DNA of 63,195 nt, counting the filler, from Octopus bimaculoides (lineage: Eukaryota), in assembly GCF_001194135.2 (NCBI RefSeq). It is 5 parts of 5 records of this genome, joined end to end, with 100 filler letters (N's around TTAATTAATTAA, not from the genome) between each part and the next. Parts side by side here need not be neighbours in the genome. Positions count along the whole stretch, not along the records: positions 30,756 to 42,095 come from NC_068993.1; positions 42,196 to 53,124 come from NC_068990.1; 3 more parts are not named here. One strand, 5' to 3'. The notes below the pieces were generated by a model that did no database searches, was not told the origin of the DNA, and worked only from the letters and a program-made list of their open reading frames with translations. Of this stretch, positions 33,909-45,060 are shown one piece after another (the stretch's first letter is position 1; each line of letters begins with the position of its first letter). The position numbers were made by a program, and so were the translations under genes.

Positions 33909-35152
33909 TATCGGCTTGAGTGAAAAGTTAGCAACGTTTTGAACCATGGAGTATTTGAATTTCTTTTTGTAATTGTCTGATAATACAGACATAGACTTGC
34001 CCAAATATATTAATGAATTAACATTGATATTTTTTCACTGTTGTTACAATAATCTGAAATCGAACTGCCAGAGCGCGATATTCGAGCAATTTTGCTATTC
34101 AGTTTCAAAAAGAACGCAAAGCAGTTGAAACTGCTCGCGATAGCAACGAAGCCTTTGGTGAGAAAATGACCAGTGAGTGGTCAGCACGAAAATGGTTTAA
34201 ACGATTTCGTAGTGGGTACCTGAGCCTTGAAGATCGCAAGCGTAGGGGACACCCATCTGTCATCGATGACGGTCAATTAAAGACCCTCGTTGAGAAAGAT
34301 CTACGTAAACCCACCCGAGAACCAGCAAAAGAACTTCAAATTAACCAGAAAATTGCCTGCAACCATTTGTATGCGATCGGAAAATCAAAGCAGCTCGACA
34401 AATGGGTTCCACACGATTTGAATGAAAATCAGAAAATGCACAGATACGAAATTTGCTCGTCGCTTCTTGTCCGTAACCAGACCGATCCATTTCTCGACTG
34501 TATTGTAACTTGCGATGAAAAGTGGATTCTGTACAATAATAAAAGACGTTCTTCGTAGTTGGTTGCACCAAAATGAAGCACATTCCCTAAACCCGATCTC
34601 TTCAAAAAGAAGGTTATGGTGACTGTTTGGTGGTGTACTGCTGGACTTGTCCACTGTACCTTCTTAAAACCCGGATAAACTAATACTGCAGAAACATTGC
34701 CATGAAATTGCCAAAACGAACGAAAAACTGCTACTCCCCCCGTTCCAGACTGGTCAACAGAAGAGGGCCAATCATTCTTCATGATAATGCTCGACCACAT
34801 GTTTCACTAATGACTCTCCAGAAATTGAGGGAACTTGGCTACGAGGTTCTTCCCCACCGAACCTATTCCCCAGACCTTTGTCCTACCGACTACTACTTTT
34901 TAGAGTACATTAATGGTTTCCTGCGAGAGGTGTTCAAAAATCAAACCGATGTTGAAAGTTCGTTCAAAGAGTTCATCAGCTCCAGAACTCCAGATTTTTA
35001 TGTTACCGAAATAAACTAACTTGTAATTCGTTGGCAAAAATGTGTTGATTGTAATGATACTTACTTTGATGAATAAAATTTCCGCGTTGTTGAAAAATAT
35101 TGTGATGAATTTCATGTTTCAAAATGTTGCTTACTTTTTACTCAGATTGATA
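33909..35152 (+). mobile_element. Full-length decayed mariner (DD34D), 1244 bp
   Basis: Imperfect ~35-bp TIRs with TA flanks; [28 protein letters not shown] with 34 residues between the last two Asp; several stops and frameshifts. Confidence 0.92.
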
Positions 35153-35299
35153 TATAAGAAACTGTTCACAGGGAAGCTTAACTTACACTGCTAATATGAA
35201 GCAACATATTCCATAAGCCTAAGTCCTCTTATGTCTTTTTCTCGTCAACAAACAAAAGTACATACCAGACTCGAACGTTGTTCGAAGCATTTGGTATAC

Positions 35300-35511
35300 T
35301 CTTTTACTCTTTTCAGTCATTTGACTGTAGCCATGCTGGAGCACCGCCTTTAGTCGAGAAAATCGACCCCAGGACTTATTCTATGTAAGCCTAGTACTTA
35401 TTCTATCAGTCTCTTTTGCCGAACCGCTAAGTTACGGGGACATAAACACACCAGCGTCGGTTGTCAAGCGATGGTGGGGGGACAAACTCAGACACACAAA
35501 CACATACCCCC
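35300..35511 (-). mobile_element. SINE family A 3' half, runs into gap
   Basis: Reverse complement of body and tail. Confidence 0.85.
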
Positions 35512-37327
35512 NNNNNNNNNNNNNNNNNNNNNNNNNNNNNNNNNNNNNNNNNNNNNNNNNNNNNNNNNNNNNNNNNNNNNNNNNNNNNNNNNNNNNNNNN
35601 NNNNNNNNNNNNNNNNNNNNNNNNNNNNNNNNNNNNNNNNNNNNNNNNNNNNNNNNNNNNNNNNNNNNNNNNNNNNNNNNNNNNNNNNNNNNNNNNNNNN
35701 NNNNNNNNNNNNNNNNNNNNNNNNNNNNNNNNNNNNNNNNNNNNNNNNNNNNNNNNNNNNNNNNNNNNNNNNNNNNNNNNNNNNNNNNNNNNNNNNNNNN
35801 NNNNNNNNNNNNNNNNNNNNNNNNNNNNNNNNNNNNNNNNNNNNNNNNNNNNNNNNNNNNNNNNNNNNNNNNNNNNNNNNNNNNNNNNNNNNNNNNNNNN
35901 NNNNNNNNNNNNNNNNNNNNNNNNNNNNNNNNNNNNNNNNNNNNNNNNNNNNNNNNNNNNNNNNNNNNNNNNNNNNNNNNNNNNNNNNNNNNNNNNNNNN
36001 NNNNNNNNNNNNNNNNNNNNNNNNNNNNNNNNNNNNNNNNNNNNNNNNNNNNNNNNNNNNNNNNNNNNNNNNNNNNNNNNNNNNNNNNNNNNNNNNNNNN
36101 NNNNNNNNNNNNNNNNNNNNNNNNNNNNNNNNNNNNNNNNNNNNNNNNNNNNNNNNNNNNNNNNNNNNNNNNNNNNNNNNNNNNNNNNNNNNNNNNNNNN
36201 NNNNNNNNNNNNNNNNNNNNNNNNNNNNNNNNNNNNNNNNNNNNNNNNNNNNNNNNNNNNNNNNNNNNNNNNNNNNNNNNNNNNNNNNNNNNNNNNNNNN
36301 NNNNNNNNNNNNNNNNNNNNNNNNNNNNNNNNNNNNNNNNNNNNNNNNNNNNNNNNNNNNNNNNNNNNNNNNNNNNNNNNNNNNNNNNNNNNNNNNNNNN
36401 NNNNNNNNNNNNNNNNNNNNNNNNNNNNNNNNNNNNNNNNNNNNNNNNNNNNNNNNNNNNNNNNNNNNNNNNATTAGGGACAAAATCCAAAATTACAGGT
36501 AAAAGCTCAATTAAAATCAATTTATAAAAAATTAAAATTAAATTGAGTCTTATAGATTAAAATATATATAAAAATATATAGTTTTAGAGAAAAGAACCAA
36601 GTTTCAAGAACTCATCGATGAAAATCCACTATCACAAAGGTTTGTCTAAAACTTTATATATATATATATATATATAATTTTCCTTTCTACTATAGGCACA
36701 AGGCCTGAAATTTTTGGGGAGGGACGCTAGTAGATTACATTGAACCCCAGTGCTCGACTCATACGACCTTATGGTTAGAGTGTTGGGTTCACGAATATAA
36801 AATCGTAGGTTCGATTCCTGGACTGGTTGGCAAGCTGTCTCGAATAGCAATTTCATTTTCTATTCTCAATGTATTTCAAATTTTCGGTTGTAGTCTGTAG
36901 ACTGAAAGAAGATTGGGCTTGAAGAAGCTTTCTCTCGTAGTCTCTAAAATTCATTACATTGTGTACGATGTTTTAAATCTTTAAATCTTTGTTCAACCTT
37001 TGCCTTTCATCCTTCCATGGTCAATAGATTAAACATCGAACTAGCAAATGGCAGCCTCGCTTACAACCGTTTCATTCATTACTGATCGAGGTGAAACCGG
37101 TACACAATTGCCAACCATGTTACGGTGTCAGGTTGTTCTGTGATGACAAGATTATGCTTCTATCGCAAAAACGCACCATAGACATCACTCACAATGCTCA
37201 GATACCCAGAATGCATTGATTATCGGTTGTGCTTACACGGCCGTGCTGGGTGGCTGTGTTTTATGCGTATTGACGTACTCGTCCCCATCAAGTGAACAGA
37301 TTCCATAGGAAGGCATTTCATCCTAAT

Positions 37328-37450
37328 AAACGCCGCAGACAAGTGTATTCTCTACAGGAAAAGGTAGAGATGATCAAGGAAATACGTGACAGTGGAAGCG
37401 AGTTTTGTGTCAAATGGTCTATCATTGGTTCCATTTACAAAAGTGTGTGA
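37328..37450 (+). mobile_element. Possible pogo/Tigger transposase N-terminal HTH relic
   Basis: KRRRQVYSLQEKVEMIKE...EFCVKWSIIGSIYK resembles CENP-B/Tigger N-termini; short and isolated. Confidence 0.4.
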
Positions 37451-39215
37451 TGATTCATTTATCACGTTTTTTAAAAAGCTAAACCCGTGTGATAAACGAG
37501 GATAGATGCACTGGAGTAATCATAATTAACTATGCTCTTCTCTCAAGTGCTTGACCGTCTACGTACGTTAGAAACCAATTTGGAAAAACAAGAAAAAGAA
37601 AACAAGATTTGTGTAGGAGATCAAACGCAGAAGATAAAAGAAAGTGTAAACCAAAGGAATGAAGCAGCTGGGTTGACAATAAGTGGCAAGTGAAGCAATA
37701 TTTGAATTGTGGGAGGCAGCAAAGAAATTAAGAAGTTGTTGCTGTTAGTGTGAGTGAGTGTATTACGCTTTTAGTTTCAAAGGAAACAGCAAGACTCTTC
37801 TGTTGAACAATGGTTTTGTATAGTCATTCTGTTAACGATAAAGGAAGTCACCATTAAGTTGTTGCTTATCAGAGTGTCAATCTGCAAAGAGATAACTTAG
37901 TATCTCCTTGCTTGTTGCTGTCAGCATTATGTCTTTTGTTCGAAAAATTGACCAGGGTGTAATATAAGGCAGGATACAGGAAACTGTAAGTGTAACAATA
38001 TAATTTAGTTTTCCTTCTGAGAGAATAAGGTATTTAAACCTTCTAATAGACTAATTTCCGTTGTGGCATTTTATTGTGTCTACGATCAAGACAATTAATT
38101 TCAAAATTCAACAACCTTCGAGAGAAAGCACCAGATCTGCCAGTGGTATTTGTAATAGAGTTCTGGGAGATTTGTTTTCTTTCCTTCTTAATGGGTTAAT
38201 CAGAAGAGGAAGGGCAGAGCTCATGTCTATATTTTCAGGGCTTTCGACGTTGGTAGAGGGAAAAGGTAAAGCTATCAGAGACCTGGTTCGATTGTCTTGA
38301 ACAGAGTGAATTCCTCTAAAGAAATCCAGGGACCGGCTGATGGTGATAAGTATGGCAACGGATTAAGTTTGCCGCTCATGAAAAGAAACAATCTATTCGA
38401 TAAACTTCCACACTCAAAAATGTTTTGGTCGATCCAAGGTTATGGTAGAAGACATATGCCTAAGGTGCCCTGCCGTGGAATTGAACCCGAAATCATGTAA
38501 TTACAAAGCAAATATCTTAAACACAGTCATGTCTAATCTGTTTTAGCTAGCTGTAGGGTATAATGTTTATCAAATCTAACTACTTTGAAGGAGGAATTTG
38601 GGTCAGCGTTCTGTAATTTCTACCACTATGCTACTTTCAGTCGCTAAATAAATAATAATTTCTTCTCGAGAAAACAAGATCACAGATTTATAAAGGAAGT
38701 GGAGTCCACTTCCTTTGGTATATCGATGGTGCTTATTTTATTGATATTCGTTAAAACCGTTTTTATACTCTGTATCACACTTTTCATTAACGAAAGAATC
38801 TCTGCATGATCGTTTAACCTGATAGTAACAAAAGCTAACTAACCCTCAAGTCACATCGTACTGTCTTTATAAAAATAACCAGTGATACAGTCCTATCTAT
38901 ACTGTGTGCAGATAAAGAAAAGAAGAGATAGTGAAGGTCACAAATAAGTCATCTTTGATCATTGATCTTTTCAATCAGGGCTGACCAGAGACTAAACAAC
39001 AAGTTAAGTATTAAGATCGTTAATAATAATTCTCTAAGACGAAAAGAGTGTGAAAATGAAAGGAAAACAAAGCGTATCTTAAATCAACTCAATAAAACAA
39101 TCGGTTGTCGTTGTTTAATCCGAAGCAAGCTCTGAATAAACAAAACTCTGATCAACGAAGTTCCATCCTTAACCATCGTATCTGTTCTTTCATTTAAAAA
39201 AAAATTCCAGACATA

Positions 39216-39775
39216 GGCGCTAGTGTGGCTGTGTGGTACGAAGCTTGCTTCCCAGCGATATGGTTCTGAGTTCAGTCCCACTGTATGGCATCTTGGGCAA
39301 GTGTCTTCTACAATAGGTCCGAGCCGACCAAAGACTTGTAAGTGGATTTGATAGACGGAAACTTAAAGAAATCCGTCGTATATATATATATATATNNNNN
39401 NNNNNNNNNNNNNNNNNNNNNNNNNNNNNNNNNNNNNNNNNNNNNNNNNNNNNNNNNNNNNNNNNNNNNNNNNNNNNNNNNNNNNNNNNNNNNNNNNNNN
39501 NNNNNNNNNNNNNNNNNNNNNNNNNNNNNNNNNNNNNNNNNNNNNNNNNNNNNNNNNNNNNNNNNNNNNNNNNNNNNNNNNNNNNNNNNNNNNNNNNNNN
39601 NNNNNNTGTGTGTGTGTGTGTGTGTTTGTGTCTGTTTGTCCCCCACCACTTGACAACCGGTGTTGGTGCGTTTGCGTTCCCTGGCAAAAAGAGACTGATA
39701 GAATAAGTACTAGGCTAAGTTGGTGTCCCAGCATGGCCGCAGTCAAATGAGTGAAACAGGCAAAAGATAAAAAGA
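39216..39775 (+). mobile_element. SINE family A split by internal gap
   Basis: Head 39216-39395, gap 39396-39606 in microsatellite, tail to 39775. Confidence 0.85.
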
Positions 39776-39994
39776 TAAAACGTTTCTAGAAAACATTATC
39801 TACGTGCTCGGTCTGAAGTTCTTGTTTGTTATTCTTTTGCCCCTAACGAGGTCTGAATGAGAAGAGCTATGATCAAAAGAACTCCAACTATGACATCTTA
39901 CTTCCAGGCATTGTGGCTAGAACTGCATTGTCCATATTTTCGTTTAAAGACAACAGTTTGAGCAAGACAGACAAAAGCGAACTGATATCCAAGG

Positions 39995-40142
39995 CCTATA
40001 TGGGCAACCTTTTTCGAGAAGCAGGCCGCATAAAGACATGGCTCATTATCAGATGGGCTGCATTAATAAAACAATTTCAAGAAAAGTTTTCGTTTGGTGT
40101 GCCATTTAGAAAGTGTCGCAGGCTGCAGGTTGCTTATGGCTG
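39995..40142. mobile_element. Possible hAT-type MITE
   Basis: TGGGCAACCT / AGGTTGCTTATGGCTG imperfect termini; no 8-bp TSD found. Confidence 0.35.
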
Positions 40143-40285
40143 ACCTAACCCAACAATGGTACTCCCTCGATCCTTCAATTGTCAAACTGACAAGGCATCA
40201 AGATTCCTCAAATACTGAATGTCAAATAATAGATTAAAAAATTTAGTTTTTATCTCCAGACTAAACCCAAGTATGTCACACAATA

Positions 40286-40820
40286 TCTATAATAATAAAA
40301 GCGAAATTCTGTCTGTCCGTCTGAGCCCCCTGGATCTCAGTTTACATTTGCTCTACATAGATCTTTTTGGAATCATGATGATCCCAGGATTGAAAATCTG
40401 CCCTTCATTTGGTTCTTGAACATCCAGCATTTGGATATGATTTAAAAGCATTTGGGCCGCTGTTTCTAGCAAGTAAAGCTTGGCTGATCTACACCATCTT
40501 GGTTGGCGCTTGTCAGATGACGTCAGAGATCAAGGGAGAGATAAATGACATTCGCTTCGTTAATTTTAACATCGAGATAACAACTCTGGGACAAATTGGC
40601 CAGCAGTTGGAATTCAACTTGGGACTGGAACAAAAGAATGATTGCATTACAGAATTAATTCTCATCCGTCCTTCACCTCTGATCAAGCACCACCGGGGCA
40701 TATAGTCATTATAGGCGTATTATAGTCATGCTATTTAGTTCTCTTTAGTCTTGGGCCGCAGGCCCAATTAGCCTTCCGCAGGAGCTAGCTTAAAAGTCCG
40801 CACAGACTTTTAAGCTAATA
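40286..40820 (+). mobile_element. Non-autonomous Helitron-like element
   Basis: A|TC start, homology to 4620-4752, 11-bp perfect hairpin GCTTAAAAGTC/GACTTTTAAGC and CTAA|T end. Confidence 0.55.
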
Positions 40821-40914
40821 TGTATTACATGTAATATTATTACATATTATTACATATAAACTTATTTACATTATTTACATTCGACGGATATTTGTCCTCA
40901 TCTTGTTTGTTGTT

Positions 40915-40960
40915 AACACAACGTTTCGGCTGATATACCCTCCAGCCTTCTTCAGGTGTC
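40915..40960 (-). ncRNA. Minimal type I hammerhead motif
   Basis: GACAC-CUGAAGA-A-GGCUG(10-nt loop)CAGCC-GAAAC-GUU/GUGUU. Confidence 0.75.
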
Positions 40961-41114
40961 TTGGGGGAAATTTCGAACCCGGATTCTCATTCCGAAGGTA
41001 TTTTTCGATGTTATTATTATTATTTTTTTTATTGTTCAGGTCACTGCTTAGAATCGAACTCGGAATCTTGGAGTTAGTAGCCCGTGCTCTTAACCACTAC
41101 GGCATATGCTCCAA

Positions 41115-41160
41115 GACACTTGATGAAGGTTGCAGGGTATATCAGCCGAAACGTTGTGTT
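41115..41160 (+). ncRNA. Minimal type I hammerhead motif, C3U variant
   Basis: GACAC-UUGAUGA-A-GGUUG(10-nt loop)CAGCC-GAAAC-GUU/GUGUU. Confidence 0.6.
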
Positions 41161-41678
41161 AACAACAAACAAGATGAGGACAAATATCCGTCGAATGTAA
41201 ATAATGTAAATAATGTAAATAATGTACATAATTCCTCATCTCTTAAATATAGAACTGTATTACATATAAACTGTTCTAAAGTTTTTACTTAACATTAAAT
41301 TGGTGAAAGCAAAAGAAACAAATGATTTATTTGTATCGAAGGGAAGAAGAAAATATACAAATTCGTAACACTTTTAATTTGCTATTTGCACCATGATAAA
41401 TCCGGCATTGAGCCCAGCAGTAGCAGTTTGTATTTTTTACTTCGTGGGCTGTTCTAAGCACGACCTTATATCGTTTAATTGTTAATCCTGACCGGGACTT
41501 GAGGGAGATTGGGTTGCCATTTCTAGAAGATCAAGTCTCCCTTGTTGATTGGTGGTAGTAGATGGAACTGACTAAACATGATCGTAATATAACTATACAA
41601 GTACAACATATTATTGGTCATTGTGATATTGTAATATTGTAATATTACAATATTACAATATATATATGATTATATATA

Positions 41679-41839
41679 TGGCTGTGTGGTAAGTAGCTTG
41701 CTTACCAGCCATATGGTTCCGGGTTCAGTCCCACTGCGTGACACCTTGGGCAAGTGTCTTCTACTATAGCCTCGGACCGACCAAAGCCTTGTGAGTGGAT
41801 TTAGTAGACGGAAACTGAAAGAAGCCCGTCGTATATATG

Positions 41840-41870
<31 letters not shown>

Positions 41871-42055
41871 TTGTGTGTCTGTGTTTGTCCCCCCACCATC
41901 GCTTGACAACCGATGCTGGTGTGTTTACGTCCCCGTAACTTAACGGTTCGGCAAAAAGAGACCGATAGAATAAGTGCTAGGTTTACAAAGAATATGTCCT
42001 GGGGTCGATTTTCTCGACATGGCCGCAGTCAAATGACTGAAACAAGTAAAAGAGT
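41679..42055 (+). mobile_element. SINE family A
   Basis: Head to tail; further copies at 23275-23585, 44375-44535, 49405-49800, 58885-59040 (+), 50822-51160, 52650-52802 (-). Confidence 0.9.
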
Positions 42056-42197
42056 AAAGTGTAAAAGAGTACACACACACACACACACACACACANNNNN
42101 NNNNNNNNNNNNNNNNNNNNNNNNNNNNNNNNNNNNNNNTTAATTAATTAANNNNNNNNNNNNNNNNNNNNNNNNNNNNNNNNNNNNNNNNNNNNTT

Positions 42198-42285
<88 letters not shown>

Positions 42286-43218
42286 TATATGTGTGTGTAT
42301 GTATACACACCTTCAGAACACTAACACACATTCAATAGATATATACACTTACATCCAATCACCAAACAACCACACACAAATACACACATACACATATACA
42401 TACATACACTCACACGTCCACAGAGATACATATAGACACGCATAAACACACACATACACATACAAATACGCGTAAACTGACATCGAGTTATATAAACAGC
42501 CACATACGAACGCACAGACACTTATACATACATGCATACAGACAGACATACACACATACGCATACACCAACTGAGACACACAGTGTTTAAGAGAAAGGAA
42601 GAGAGAGAAAGAGAGAGAGAGAGGGGGAGAAAGGCACAGAGACGAACAGAGATGCACAGAGATGCACACGTATCACATACACGTACACAGACACGCGTAC
42701 ACGTACAACAATAGCCACTTTTTGTTTGTTCGTAGCATTTATTTAGACAAAACGCTGAAAAGATGTTCGCCATTTTCGACATTGATATTGCTGGTCCATC
42801 AAAAGGTGTTCAGTGTGCTGGAGAATACAAGCTTATTATTGCATTTTACCAGCCATTGTGCTCGCGTTGTTTCTACATCAATACAGTTAATACACATTTC
42901 CATACCCTTACACAACTTGTGAATGCGCTTGGAAAGATTTTTCCGGAACATATAATGGTATATCTACTTCGTTTGAAAATTGTTAATTCATAACACCCCT
43001 ACACAAATGTATATATATATATATATATACATACATGCATGTAGATACGTATGCATACACACGGACGCACGCATGCACGTATGCTCACATGCATGCATGC
43101 ACATTAAATTCGTTGCGTACGAACGTGCACCGAGTTTGACTAGAGTAATATACAACAGGATCAGTGTATGTGTTTGTGTGGTTGTATGCTTACATGCGTA
43201 TGTGCTTATATATATATA

Positions 43219-43272
<54 letters not shown>

Positions 43273-43361
43273 CACATACATAGAGAGTGAGTAGTGAGTA
43301 GGGAACGAGAGACGGAGAAATAGAGAAACATACATACATATATATGCTTACATCAAACTGC

Positions 43362-43394
<33 letters not shown>

Positions 43395-43584
43395 TACACA
43401 TGCATAAATATACACACATACACGCATGCGTATGTGAGTTTGTGTATAAAAACACATAGCCATACATTTATAAATATGCATCCATATCCATCTCAATATA
43501 TCTATATACATATTATGTATACAGAGAAGAGAAAGAGAGAGAGAGAGCGAAAATGAGAGAGAGAGAGAAAGAAAGACAGGGGGC

Positions 43585-43616
<32 letters not shown>

Positions 43617-44914
43617 CTAATAGATTCAGATGTAGCTTCTTAAGTACATATATATATCTTTGTGTTTCCGTTAACATCATATAAAGTGATGTGAATTATA
43701 TAAAAATGCCATAGTTTCCGCACATATTAAAGAAAGAAATTTTCGTTTGTATATTTCAAAGATTCAACCATACCAGTTCTGTTTAAGATAGAAATAAAAT
43801 CGATTTAACGGGACCATATCGAACGGATATTTGAATATATTTTACATTGTGGCAATCTTTGTACACGAAAGAGAAACTTTTTGTCCAATGATCACATGAT
43901 CATAAATGATGTCTTTGTAACGCTTTTATTTCAGCTTCTGTTTCTCTGTAATCTGCAGGTAAGGGCTTCCGTTTTGAAGAATGTGTACAGCCCTAGTACT
44001 TGAGGCTTTCATCTCTTTTTACTTGTTTCAATCAGTGGACTGCGGCCACGCTGGAATACCGCCTTAGAAGGTTTTACTAGAACAAATCAACACCAGTACT
44101 TAAATATCTTTTAAAATCTGGTACTCATTCTATCGCTCCTTTGGCCAAACTGCTAAGTCACGGAACGAATGCAGACACAAAGACAAGTACATACATACAT
44201 ACATACATATATACGTGTGTGAGTGCTCCAGCATGGTCACAGCCTTAGGGATGAAACATGTAAAATGATAAAAGAATACATAAATTGAGGGGATAATTAT
44301 AACCCCGGCTATCCTCTTTTTAGTACTTCATATAAGAATCCGGTACTCAAAATATTCAGTTAACAGAATATACATAGCTCTGTGGTAAGAAGCTTGATTC
44401 CCAGCCACATGACGGCGCGTTCAGTCTCACTGCGTGGTCCCTCATGCATGTGTCTTCTACTACAGACTCGGGCCGACCAAAACCTTGCGAGTGCATTTGA
44501 TATATGGAAACTGAAAGAAGCCCGTCGTATATATATATANNNNNNNNNNNNNNNNNNNNNNNNNNNNNNNNNNNNNNNNNNNNNNNNNNNNNNNNNNNNN
44601 NNNNNNNNNNNNNNNNNNNNNNNNNNNNNNNNNNNNNNNNNNNNNNNNNNNNNNNNNNNNNNNNNNNNNNNNNNNNNNNNNNNNNNNNNNNNNNNNNNNN
44701 NNNNNNNNNNNNNNNNNNNNNNNNNNNNNNNNNNNNNNNNNNNNNNNNNNNNNNNNNNNNNNNNNNNNNNNNNNNNNNNNNNNNNNNNNNNNNNNNNNNN
44801 NNNNNNNNNNNNNNNNNNNNNNNNNNNNNNNNNNNNNNNNNNNNNNNNNNNNNNNNNNNNNNNNNNNNNNNNNNNNNNNNNNNNNNNNNNNNNNNNNNNN
44901 NNNNNNNATATATA

Positions 44915-45060
44915 GGGAGAATTCACAAAAAAACAACAGACGAAACAAGTAGTGTAGAAAACAAACAGATGTATTAGTATAACGCTCGGGAATTGAAAAA
45001 GTCTTTAATGTTTCGAGCCTACGCTCTTCCACAGAAAGAAACACAGAAAGAAACAAGTAA
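44915..45060 (-). mobile_element. Short Penelope-like repeat family with variant hammerhead core, next to (TA)n
   Basis: Homologous copies 56274-56440 (-) and 63054-63164 (+); core CUGUGGA/CUGUUGA-A-GAGC..GCUC-GAAAC. Confidence 0.65.

Larger units (their letters stand above)
40863..41257. mobile_element. 395-bp retroposed element: inverted hammerhead arms around a tRNA-derived head, 15-bp TSD
   Basis: TSD TATTACATATAAACT at 40848-40862 and 41258-41272; ~100-bp inverted arms; A/B boxes on minus strand at 41040-41107. Confidence 0.85.
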
